From assembly GCA_043228905.1 (NCBI GenBank), contig JBHGNT010000018.1, forward strand, positions 11,098,001-11,162,000: a DNA stretch of 64,000 nt, read 5' to 3'. Of this stretch, positions 1 through 10,465 are shown in pieces (positions within the stretch are counted from its first letter, which is position 1; each line of letters opens with the position of its first letter). The notes beneath the pieces are model-generated. The model had not been told where the DNA came from and made no database searches. It saw only the letters and a program-made list of their open reading frames with translations. A program made the translations under genes and the position numbers. The DNA is from Azolla caroliniana (lineage: Eukaryota; Plantae; Polypodiophyta).

Positions 1-1661
1 CGTAAACCATTATGGCTACGATGAGTACATGGCGTATCATTACGCTTTTATGATGAAGGTAGCAACAGTACGGGAGCCGAAAACGCTTTCCGAAGTCGTA
101 AATGATCCGCGATGGGTCAACGCAATGCATGAGGAAATGGAAGCGCTATGCAAAAATGAGACATGGGATCTCATCCCTCACCCGTCAAACAAGAAAGCGA
201 TTGGCTGCAGATGGATATTTCAAAGTAAAATACAATCCCGACGGATCTATAAATCACTTCAAAGCACGGCTCGTTGCGAAAGGCTACGCGCAAACACACG
301 GCATAGACTACGAAGAAACGTTCGCCCCGGTGGCAAAGATGACAACTGTACGGATAGTAATAGTACTCGCTGCAGCGAAGGGATGGCCCCTCCACCAGAT
401 GGATGTGAAAAATGCTTTCCTTCAAGGAGAGTTAGAAGAAGAGGTGTACATGATACAACCACCCGGATTCGAATCACGTAAACATCTACACACCGTATGC
501 CGACTCAAGAAGCCACTCTACAGCCTCAAACAAGCACCGCGTGCTTGGCTTTCGAAGATCACGTAGTATCTTCATCAAGTCGGATTTCAGATGTCAAAAT
601 CCAATACCTCTCTGTACATCCGAAACGAGTCGGATAGCCTAATCATCATCATCCTGTACGTGGATGATTTGTTCATCGGAGGAAAGGATCTTGCCGAGAT
701 TAACAAAGTCAAATCACTTCTTTCCGACAGATTCGAAATTAAAGACTTACACGAGCTCCATTACTTCCTAGTTCTTGAAGTAATTCGGACACCAGTCGGA
801 ATAGTGATCTCTCAACGGCACTACATTCTCAACTTACTCTACAAGTTCGGAATGACCGAGTGCAAGCTTGTGTCTACCCCTCTTGATCATAACCTCAAGA
901 TCGATGCCAGTTCCAGAACCACTGAGAGCGAGTTGACTCAGTATCGAACACTGATCGGTAGTTTGATATATTTGACCATTACCCGACCCGACCTCAGTTA
1001 TTTGGTCAGCCTACTTAGCCGGTTTATGCAAAATCCGTGAAATCTTCATTTGGACTACGCTAAGAGGATACTTCGATATGTCAGTACAACAATGGACTAC
1101 GGCATTATGTACAAGAAGAATGCGATCATTTGACTCGAAGGGTACACAGACGCGGACGGGGCAAGATATAAAGCGGATAGGCGCTCCACATCCGGATTCG
1201 TCTTCTTCCTTGGTTGCGGAGCAATCTCCTGGAGTAGTAAGAAGCAGCCAATAGTTGCACTATCGAGCATGGAAGCCGAATACAAGGGCGCAACAGTCGT
1301 TGCATGCAAAGCCGTCTGGCTCAAACGTGTACTAAAGGATCTGGGTGTACCCATCAAGGATCCAATTCGTCTCTACTGCGAGAACCTGAGCAGTATCTAC
1401 CTGGCACGGAATCTTGTATTCCATGCGCAGACTAAGCATATCGAAGTCCACTACCACTTCATCTGCGAGCGCGTACAGGCCGAAGAGATCGACCTACAAC
1501 ACATCAATACGCACCTCCAGGTTGCTGATATTTTTACGAAAGCTATAGGTGTCGACAAGCTCGGGCAATTTGCATCGGACCTTGGTCTCACGACATCTAC
1601 AATGTCGAGCTTGAGGTGGAGTACGCAGCATACGCAACATAAACTACACAACACGCAATAA
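1..1661 (+). pseudogene. Copia RT/RNase H, broken by a frameshift and stops
   Basis: ORF fragments 29-481, 102-566, 591-1040 and 1269-1661 are collinear pieces of copia pol. Confidence 0.9.
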
Positions 1662-1761
1662 GAAGCGTAAAGCAATAAAGCCGGAATCTGATTCCTTAAA
1701 TCGAAGTACTCCAAAGACTGAAACAACCATTTGACAGATGGAAGTTGTGTTCGAAGGGGCG

Positions 1762-2061
1762 TGTTGAGAATCGAATTCAACTTCCCATAGATAGGTTTCA
1801 CAGTAGCTCATGGACATGTTGGGCTAGTTTTGTAAATAGTAGAGAGGGCACTTGCTTAGTTTAGTTGGTATATAAACCAACGCATTGTAACTCAGTGATC
1901 GTTGGATGTTTTATGCTTTGATGTAATTTTGGTTAACATACAATTTGTCTATCTCTGTCGTAAGAGCTCTCTCTCTCTCACTCACTCTCTCTCTATCTTG
2001 AGACACACACACACACTCATCTTCCACTGCATTACAACCACTCTTGCCTCATTTATTTACA
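1762..2061 (+). repeat. 3' LTR of copia A (about 300 bp)
   Basis: Starts TGTTGAGAATC like the related copia E LTR; contains TATATAAA and (CT)n/(CA)n; ends ...TTTACA. Confidence 0.75.
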
Positions 2062-3757
2062 GAGGCCTTAACTTACGTAGCTCTCCTTCAGGAATGGGAG
2101 TTAATGTTGTTTGCCAAGTTGACATGCTTCGCACTCTCAGTCGACTCTTTTCGACTCAAAGGCCGGAAGTCCGATGACAACTCCCTTTGATTGCATAGCT
2201 AGGAGCTGTTGGAGGTTGATGTGGCCGATTCTCTTGTGCCACAACTCGATGTTCGTCTCGGTTTTAAGAACTTTGGCATACATGGCCGATTTTTCCTCAT
2301 TCGAATCGAGGATGAACATTCGGCCTTCTCTACGTCCCCTAGCTATGAGTTGGCCATCTTTTTCTATAAATCATCCTTCGTTGTTTAAACGAACTTGCAT
2401 GCCTTGCTCCACGATTTGGCCTACCGAGACCAAATTCTTTGTTATGGTTGGAACGTGCAAGACATTCATGATGCAATTGTTTTGGCCGTCTTTGCCAAAT
2501 GGAACATTGTCGATGTGCCGAATGGGATGTTTGGTGTCGTCTCCCGTCTCTATGTTCTTAGGTCACAAAACCACTCTTGGTGTGACGTCATATGATGTGA
2601 GGCGTTGGAGTCGACGAACCACACGTCTTCTGAGTTGAAGGTGCTTGTCGAGTCGGAGGCCGTCACAGAGTTCACTCTATGTCTCATTACGAATAGCCCA
2701 CCGTAGTCGTTGTATTCGGAATTGGTGGCATAGTTTGTGAGTTGTCAGCTTGTCAAAGCCAACTCACTTCTCTTCTTTCGGCACTCCTCTTCGTGGTGGC
2801 GAATTTTGTCACAATAGTTGCAAGTAGCGGGCCTCGTTTTCCGACCTTGCTCGGCATGGAAGCTCCCCTTTCTTCTGAAGGTTCCTCGATGGCTTCCGTC
2901 TTGTTGTCAAAGGTTTGAGTTTCCTTCGTGAGATGGGTCGAGTCGACCTCTTCTACCACCACAACCTCGTCCTCGGCCACCATCCAAATTCGAGAAGAAC
3001 ATTTGTCCTTCTGACGTCTTGGTCTTGGTTCGGACATGGTTCTCTCCAAACAATAGCATTGATTGAAGGTCGAAGAACGAAGGAGGGTTTTCTCTCACTA
3101 AGATAACCGCCCTTATTGGGTCAAACCGATGTGCAAAGGCCGCCCAAGAATACTTGAACCATCTCATCTTCATTGACATTTAAATTGATGGAGCCAAGCG
3201 AGTCACAAATGCTCTTGATCTTGGTAGTGTAATCCAACACGAGCATATCTTTTTGTTGTATGTTGTTCAACTCTTGCTGGATTGAAGCTTGTGGGCGTTC
3301 ATGTTGGTAGCGAAAATTTTCTTTAAGTTCACCCACACTTCTTTAGGTGTCTTGGCGTCTCGAATGTGGCTAAGCATGTGGTCATGGACACATGTTGCCA
3401 AGCAATACATTACCCAACTGACTCCTTGCTCCCACGTTGGGTAGTTGGCTTTTGTGATGTCGGGTTTATTTTCGAGTGCACCGTTGATGTAGCTCCAATA
3501 CCCTTGGCCGACGAGGTATTGGTTCAACTTGTACTCCCAAGATGAATCATTGCTCCGGTCTAGCTTTTCACTAGGGAGCGAGCTACCCATTTGTGTGTTC
3601 ATGTTGATGTAGTGTCTTCTTTCTTGGCTTTTCTTCTCTTGGTCACGTACAAATGCTACATAGCGGCACTACGGTAGCGGATAGCCGGATTTGTCATCGG
3701 TGTCTCGAACACACAATCTCGGAGTCGGGTGGGCTTAGTGGATGTACAAAACGACAC

Positions 3758-3769
3758 GCTCTGATACCA
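3758..3769 (-). promoter_or_regulatory. PBS (tRNA-iMet) of copia B
   Basis: Reverse complement TGGTATCAGAGC directly adjacent to the LTR end. Confidence 0.9.
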
Positions 3770-4238
3770 TGTTAATAATTAGGTAATTTACTAGGGTTAA
3801 TTTGGGTCTAATTATGTGAGTATTGATAAAGCAACGGAAGATTATGTGATTTGTGTGTGTATGTGTGTGAGAGGAAGAGAGAGAGAAAGATACACTTATA
3901 AACAATAATATAAATGGGGGATGATTAACAAGAGTGTAGCTAAAGACGTTTCTCTATATTAATAACCATCAAAATACAACAATATCCTCAATGAGGTATA
4001 TATACACCTCATGTGCAAGGGTGCACATGTACGAGGAGAATATAGGTACAAAATGTGTAAGTCCTATATTAAATGAACTTGGTAGTGGAGGATCTAGAAT
4101 GTATCCACACTTACGTACAAGTACAAGATCCTATTTAATGGTTTAAAGGTCAACACACTAGCTAGATTCTATCTAAGTAACTACTAAGTTACGTGGTTAA
4201 CTAAGTGGCTAAATTAAGTTGAGCTTGATATCTCAATA
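3770..4238 (-). repeat. 5' LTR of copia B
   Basis: Bounded by TGTT at 3770 (next to the PBS) and GTTGAGCTTGATATCTCAATA, which matches the family terminus GTTGAGCTTGATTCTCAACA. Confidence 0.75.
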
Positions 4239-4695
4239 AGTTAATTACAGGACTAATATTCTTAGATCATATTGTAGATCTTGTTGTGAGCTTCGATTCA
4301 AGCCATGGCTTGTCAAAATCGGACCTCATATGAGAGAGAGAGAGAGAGAGATTCATTAATATAATTGTGTGTTTTACCGAGAAAGAGAGAGGGAGGGAGA
4401 GCAATCGTTTGGGGGTGTATCCTTAGGGGTCCCTTTATATTTATGCATATATATTAAATTGTGTGTTGGCATATAAATTCAATGAGTGAAGATTCCAATT
4501 ATCTAAAGTATGAGATATCTCTATGTAGTTACAAAGTTTAATGTTGAAACTTTAACATTTGGAGCATGTACAATTTCTAAAGGAAGATTTGTACCAAGTT
4601 GCAATTACATTTCATAATTATTCTAAATTAAATATCGATGGCTTTCATAATTATCAAAAGTTTCGGTGGGGAAGTTCAAATTAGAAGCTTGCACG

Positions 4696-6528
4696 ATGAA
4701 GACCACCATATCCCCTGTCACCGTCCACCCTACCGCAACTCAACCTTCTACTGCTCAGCCTTCCACCACTCAACCTACCGGCACCCAACATACCGTTGTT
4801 GTCACCGCCGCCTGTTGCAACTCAGCCTACTATAGCTGATGGTTGGTCAAATCATCTAGAGGGATGTGTATGGTTTCTGTTTCTCCCATAGTAGATGCGG
4901 AAAAGACATTTGTCCCCTTCAGCTTACCTACTACAACCAATCCAGTTGTCGCGATCAGCTTCGCAACCTCCTCCATAACCCCAGTCTTCCTTAATGCAAC
5001 GGCGAACCAGGAGCAATTGTTGTGTCGTCGCGAACAGTCTAATCGGGGTTCTCGTGTAGCTAACCCGGATATCCCACCTATTTCGGACAACATAGTAGAG
5101 CTTCTCTTGTCAGAACAAGATCGAGCATAGATCGTAAGAGAGATTCAACGTCTAGAGAAGAGGACTATCATTCCGCAATTTTTGCGCATTCATCTTCAGC
5201 GTGTTGATCTTCGTTTACTATTGCAAGTTGCTTCATTTACTATCACGGATGTCCAAATGCTTGGTCGGAACTATTATCAAGTGGAGTTTGAGCTCGAACG
5301 AATGGTACCGATCTTGCTAGAGAAGAAAACAGTGGCAGTCAAGGGAGGATGGGTTTTCTTCCACAAGTGGATTCACAACTTCTCTACAAATCAGGTACTT
5401 CATGATTTAGATTCATACCATACATGTGTGGCGGTGTTTCCCAATTTACATAAAGAATGAGTGCTTTTTGTGTATCTAATTGCCAGAAATATTGGTACAA
5501 TCTTGGAAATTTATGATAAGCCTCATCAGATCGAGGATAGGCACATAGGAGATACATCAACAAAACTTTTGATTTCTAAGTCTATAGTTTTGTCCTCAAA
5601 TATCTTGTTGCCCAATTTACTTGGCTCAAGACAGGAATTTTATTTTCAGAAAATCTTGTATAGGGGTTTGCCAAATCAATGTTTTCGTTATTTAAGATTT
5701 GGTCATTTGGCAAAAAATTGCCCTAAATCTAATAAAGACACAGACAAGCATGTACCCAATACAACTATAGTTTCGTATCAAGTTAGATCTGATGGTTGAA
5801 CTGAGGTAGGGCATAGGAAAACATCTTCACAAGTATCTTATGACAAGCCTCATCATGTGTCAATTAATAATTTAAAGGAATTTCCCCTCTTACAGAATAC
5901 GTATTCTACTCTTCATGTAGAAGAGGATCGGTCACATGAAGTGAATACTTTCAATCAGCCATCACCTCATCTTTCCCAATAGAGATTTAATTTAGGTTTT
6001 TCCTTAGAAAAGACGGACTTACTTTCCACTCAATTGCCTAAGTCTTTCCCGATGGTAGTAGTAGGCCAACCACCCTTGAAAATTGTTGAGAATCAACAGT
6101 TGACACCATCTGTTAATTTGGCTTCTTTTGAAAAATTAGAAGGAAATGTTGTTTCTGCTCAAGATACTATAGATGTGGAAAGGCCTCCAAGTGTAATGGG
6201 AATCGAAACAAACCAACAAATTGATGTCTGTGTTAATTCAGTTCCCTTTGATAAGCTCGTAGGAAAACCTATTTCTAGTCAATCAAATATTATGGGTGTT
6301 GAAATGGCTCAAGGAGTAGATAAAATCCCTTGTGTTGGATTTCAGTTCACAGTTTCATAGGATACCTTGACACTTCAAACCCCTCAAAAGCAAGCTAAGG
6401 ATCATAGGGTGCATAAGTATGCAGGGAACTATCTGCTTTTAAAAAGACAAGCAAGAGCTCAAGAGGGTGCCCAAAAAGGCCATCAGGATGCTCTCCTTGA
6501 GAAAAGGACACCAATAAAATCTATGTAA
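4696..6528 (+). pseudogene. LINE ORF1 (DUF4283-like region plus CCHC knuckle) with in-frame stops
   Basis: ORFs at 4843, 5182, 5461 and 6034 share the frame of ATG 4696; motifs LGRNYYQVEF and YRGLPNQCFRYLRFGHLAKNC. Confidence 0.8.
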
Positions 6529-6529
6529 G

Positions 6530-6900
6530 ATGGACACCTTACATCTTCTTTCGTGGAATGTGCAAGGCCTTGGTGGTCAGGCTTTTCGCAGATTTAAAGG
6601 ACTCTTACGTGCGGATTTAGGTATTGCTACTGTAGGTACTATTGATATTCTTTTTTGACAAGAACATCACTTATGCATGGATAGGATTCGAAAGTATGGA
6701 TCTATTTTACCAGGACAGTGGACTCATTTCTGGATTCCTGCCTTTGGCCCCACTGGCCGCCAGGCTAGATTATGCATTGCTATTAAACAACATTTGCGGT
6801 CTATCATTGTGTTAGTTGCTACTATTATGAATAAATGGGCACAATTCCTTATTGTAAAAATAAGATCCCAAAAGGTTGGGCTTATGAATCTCTATGCCCC
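6530..6900 (+). pseudogene. LINE ORF2, N-terminal APE endonuclease part
   Basis: MDTLHLLSWNVQGL start; the NLYAP|N motif is split exactly by the gypsy insertion. Confidence 0.85.
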
Positions 6901-7320
6901 TGTTATTCTCTTAGCCGGACAAGGCCTAACACAAGGTGTCACGGAGACACTTCACCAAAGGGTGATTACGGCATAGGATTAAGATTCAACGATTACACCG
7001 ACTTACGTAGGTTACACTATTAGATTGCTTTGGTTAATTACACGCGTAAAATATAACAGTGATTACAGAACGGAAATCAAGACAGAAGTATAAACAACAT
7101 AAGCTCTACTAATTATCCGCTGTCATTACAATGGGGTCCGGGCCTTTAAATAGGTTTCTGGCCCGTAGTACAAAACGGTGCCTCTCGCACCTATTCGGGA
7201 TCCGTCCGGATCTGGAACGGCATACCGTTTCCAGTCCGTCCGTCCACACTATGCTCATTTACAACCATATCTAATTAATTCCTTCACTCCGTATTTTGGA
7301 CTCCTTGCCGGCCGGTAACA
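6901..7320 (-). repeat. 3' LTR of the young gypsy element
   Basis: TGTTATTC...GGTAACA, near-identical to 16382-16801. Confidence 0.97.
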
Positions 7321-7322
7321 CA

Positions 7323-7339
7323 TGGCACGCCCGTGGGAC
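7323..7339 (+). promoter_or_regulatory. Second, inverted PBS-like site (TGGCACGCCCGTGGGAC) at the PPT position
   Basis: Lies 2 nt from the LTR; resembles the recalled tRNA-Arg(UCU)-type PBS TGGCACGCCC(G/A)GTGGGAC with a 1-nt gap; no purine tract on the element strand here. Confidence 0.65.
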
Positions 7340-7372
7340 AGTACCTTGTACGTCGAACCCTTCTCGGCCCCT

Positions 7373-8587
7373 TCATTGTTCACCCAAATTGTCCAAATTA
7401 CTTTGTTCAAGAATTTCCGCTTGTTCTTCCGGTTGTGGTTGTTGCGGCTGTGCTTGCTGCTGCTGCTGTGGTTGCGGTTGGGACTGAGGCTGCTCCGGCT
7501 GCTCTGCTTGCTGCTGCTGCTCCGTTTGCTTCGCTGACTCCGGCTGCTCCGTTTGTCTCTCTGGCTCCGGCATCTCCGTCTGACTGCTTCCGGTCCGGTC
7601 TCCTTCCAGTAACGGTTCCTCATCACTGAGGTTGACCGTAACTGGTTCTCGTTCTTTCTCTCCCCGGATCCGGGACCTCTCGTAGCTTTCAAACTGGATC
7701 TGCGCCTCCAGCCTGTCGTCGTCCAGCTGAGCTACAAGTTGCCGGACTTGCTCTAATTGGTCTTCTGCCAAGGCTTGAAAGTCTTCGGCAAGCTCATCTC
7801 TTATGCCGGTGAAGTCTTCGGAAGTCAGCATATAGCAATCATCTCCCTCCTTCCGCCGGTTCTCTACGTCAGCCCGGAGCAATTGGAGTTCCGCCGCGTT
7901 CGTGGCCCACTTGGTCCACCATTTGACGGACCCGTTGTCAATCAAGCTCTTGGTCTGGTTCAACCAGGCCCGCATAATATCCTGGATGCGACTTGCTCCC
8001 ATTTGTGCTCTGCTTTCCACCACTTGTCGCTCCTCCTTCAACTGCTTGATGAGATTTGCCGTATCCTCCGCCTGCTCCCTGTAGCGCGTCAGCTGCCCTT
8101 GATATGTCGTTTGCAGCCTCTGCAGTACCTCCGCCGCTCTTTCTTTTTCCGCCTGCTGTTGCCTGAGGAGCTCTGTCCGAACCTTCTCCGCCTCTTCCAA
8201 CCGTCTTCTGTTTTCCGCTTGTTCCTTAGCGAATGCGGTTGCGGTCCGATCAACTGCTTGCCGGAGCTCATCCGTCCGTTCCTTGTGCTCCGTTTGCAAC
8301 CGTTTATACTCCCGGTGCAATTGCTCAAATTCCTCCGTTTTTTGTTTGAGCTTGTCGTTGATCTGGCGATGGTTCCGGTCCTCCCGGTCCTTTACCTGCC
8401 GGAGTTCCTCTTTCAGGCGCTCTACTTCTGTTTCGGCGTTCCTCCGGAGCCTCTCCTTCTCTTGCAGCATTTTCTCCTTCTCCTCCTTGAGCCGGTCGTA
8501 CGCTTGGTGGCTTTTCCGTAAGCCCTCCTCGGCCCGGCGTAGATTCTCCGCAGTCTTTTTGAGTTCCGCCTCCGCTGCCGTCTTCAA
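7373..8587 (-). CDS. Extra 3' ORF, C-terminal long coiled-coil part, probably a frameshifted continuation
   Basis: 404 codons rich in E/K/R/Q; starts at a TTG overlapping the previous TGA; ends in a Q/P-rich tail 52 nt before the LTR. Confidence 0.7.
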   Translation of the reverse strand: MKTAAEAELKKTAENLRRAEEGLRKSHQAYDRLKEEKEKMLQEKERLRRNAETEVERLKEELRQVKDREDRNHRQINDKLKQKTEEFEQLHREYKRLQTEHKERTDELRQAVDRTATAFAKEQAENRRRLEEAEKVRTELLRQQQAEKERAAEVLQRLQTTYQGQLTRYREQAEDTANLIKQLKEERQVVESRAQMGASRIQDIMRAWLNQTKSLIDNGSVKWWTKWATNAAELQLLRADVENRRKEGDDCYMLTSEDFTGIRDELAEDFQALAEDQLEQVRQLVAQLDDDRLEAQIQFESYERSRIRGEKEREPVTVNLSDEEPLLEGDRTGSSQTEMPEPERQTEQPESAKQTEQQQQAEQPEQPQSQPQPQQQQQAQPQQPQPEEQAEILEQSNLDNLGEQ

Positions 8588-10377
8588 TTCTCTTTCGCGG
8601 CTCGGCTCCTCAGCGCTTCTTGGGCAGCAAGCTCATCTTTTAATTCCGCCAGCTCTTGGGCTTGTGACGCATTTCTCTCCGGAACGGTTTCCGTTGCCGG
8701 GGTCTGATTGCTATGTACAGGTTGATCTGCCGCTTGATTCTGTACATTGCCCGGAGTCACCGGTGCTTGGACTTGTGTTGTCAAAGCCACTTGCGCCATT
8801 TCCCTTGTGACCCTGTCCAAGTCTTGTTCAAGGCTCCGGATTCTGGACCGGGCCGTCTCTAGATCTACGGTTGTGACGAGCAACCGTTCCTGGTGCGCTC
8901 TCTCTTCCGCCTCTATATACTCGACCACTCCGGCGATTTGCTCGCCTACCCACCGTAGCCACATGCTACTGGTGCCTTGTTGCTGTACTGGTCGGGTCGG
9001 CTTATTCCCTGTGGAATTGTCTGGCCTGAGTGCCTGCATGTGCCGTTCTGGTTCTACTCCTTGGCCGCCGTGTGCTCTGGCTGGGCTCGCCGGCTGTTGA
9101 GTTCCGGTTCTCGCCGTCTCCGGAGCCGTTGGACTGACTTCTTCTATAGAAGTCGACAAGACCGGTTCCCTACGCACCGGTTCCGGTTCTTCCCTTGTGG
9201 TTTGCTCAGGTTGAGTTGGGGGCGTTTCTGCCTCTCGCGGGTACGACCGCTCCCCTCCTGTCTCGGCGGTCCTACTTCTTGACCGTCGTTGGAGGTGCTC
9301 TTCTGGCTCCTCCGTTTCCTCTTCCTGTGTCACGGCATGTTTCTGTGCCGTCAAGGGTTCCGGTTCCTTCTGTCCCGGTCTCCGTAAGGTTATCTTGACG
9401 GGTCGGACCGGTGACACCTCCTCCGGTTCTGGGGCCCGTTTCTTCCCTTTCGTCGCCTTCGATGCCAACAGCTGCTGTCGTTTGGACGCCGGCTTCGAGG
9501 TGCTTCCTTCCGATACTCTTGGCCGCTTCTTTGGCTGGACGGTCTCAACCGGCGGCACGAGCAATGTTATCCATTGAGCTACGGCGTGCCACAGCTTCCG
9601 GCCCTCCTTGCCGTCCTTCCCTCGTACCATGTCGATTGCCATGCACAACCCGTCTGCAATCAACACCGGCCAGTCCACCTTGACCCCTTCATAGGTGGCT
9701 ATGATCATCCCTGCCCGATTTTTTGGCATGACAGGGGGTCGGGGGTACACGTGACCGTACTCATGGAGCACTCGAGCTATCTCCCTGAATAGCGGATCTT
9801 CGCCGCCCTGCGTCCGATAGCCTTTGCCGGCAACAGAGTACTCACCGAAATATCGGGTGAGTTGCTCCGAGGTTGGGTTATCGATCTGAAAGATTCCTCC
9901 CTCCGGAAGGCCTGTTAGCGCGCGGATCGCTTCCTCGGTGATGACCTCTGTGGCGAGCTCCTTGATGACCCGGTCGGCTTCTCTGTGCGGCGGTGCCTCC
10001 ATGATGGCCAAGAACCCCTCCAGTCCGTTTTGCCTGAACCATTTCCTGGCCGCTTCCGACAGCGTTTGTGGTTCCATGTCTGCTTCAAGGTCGAGGGAAG
10101 ATGGCGAGGTAGAGTGGTGATGAGAGTGAGAGCGAGAGAGAGAGCGTTCTGAGCGCGGGGGTTCTCTGCGTGCAGGTTCGCGTTTGCTCAGCTTCCACTG
10201 TCTTGGTGTTTCTGTGCTTCTTGGCTCGCGAAATGAAAAGGTCTCCATGCGTTCTGCTTTTTCTTTGTGCGTTTTGGCGCCTTTTTCGAGCATGCACACG
10301 TCGTGTACCAATTTAGTATTAAGTAGCGTGGCGTCTCTTAAATGCCCACTACGTACCTTTTCGCGCCTCGCTTTCAC
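8584..10377 (-). CDS. Extra 3' ORF, N-terminal part (putative plant-transposon-protein-like domain plus disordered region)
   Basis: 597-codon open frame; the listed start is GTG, so the real start is probably a later ATG; globular segment ITEEAIRALTGLP...VDWPVLIADGL. Confidence 0.7.
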   Translation of the reverse strand: MKARREKVRSGHLRDATLLNTKLVHDVCMLEKGAKTHKEKAERMETFSFREPRSTETPRQWKLSKREPARREPPRSERSLSRSHSHHHSTSPSSLDLEADMEPQTLSEAARKWFRQNGLEGFLAIMEAPPHREADRVIKELATEVITEEAIRALTGLPEGGIFQIDNPTSEQLTRYFGEYSVAGKGYRTQGGEDPLFREIARVLHEYGHVYPRPPVMPKNRAGMIIATYEGVKVDWPVLIADGLCMAIDMVRGKDGKEGRKLWHAVAQWITLLVPPVETVQPKKRPRVSEGSTSKPASKRQQLLASKATKGKKRAPEPEEVSPVRPVKITLRRPGQKEPEPLTAQKHAVTQEEETEEPEEHLQRRSRSRTAETGGERSYPREAETPPTQPEQTTREEPEPVRREPVLSTSIEEVSPTAPETARTGTQQPASPARAHGGQGVEPERHMQALRPDNSTGNKPTRPVQQQGTSSMWLRWVGEQIAGVVEYIEAEERAHQERLLVTTVDLETARSRIRSLEQDLDRVTREMAQVALTTQVQAPVTPGNVQNQAADQPVHSNQTPATETVPERNASQAQELAELKDELAAQEALRSRAAKEN

Positions 10378-10407
10378 ACCCGTTCATACCTCGATTTTTA
10401 ATGATTT

Positions 10408-10448
<41 letters not shown>

Positions 10449-10465
10449 AATGACGGTGTGTGACC

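Larger units (their letters stand above)
1..2061 (+). mobile_element. Ty1/copia element A, 3' part (RT, RNase H, PPT, 3' LTR), inserted into copia B
   Basis: RT motifs [25 protein letters not shown]; RNase H motif TKHIEVHYHF; purine tract GAAGGGGCG then TG at 1762; LTR ends CA at 2061, where copia B coding sequence resumes. The 5' end is outside the window. Confidence 0.9.
2062..4238 (-). mobile_element. Ty1/copia element B, 5' part (LTR, PBS, gag, protease, GAG-pre-integrase), degenerate
   Basis: gag MNTQMGSSLPSEKLDRSN from 3602; ELWHKRIGHIN and CEACQLGKQH pre-integrase motifs; same family as copia E. Confidence 0.9.

Noticed and set aside
4239-4629. Possible old LTR continuing after the LINE to TAACA-ATCCCCC at about 21131
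   Set aside because: No second copy, TSD or internal domain in the window to confirm it.
7757-8810. Plus-strand ORFs of 254 aa and 175 aa inside the gypsy element
   Set aside because: Antisense shadows of the coiled-coil ORF; L/F/S-rich with no motifs.
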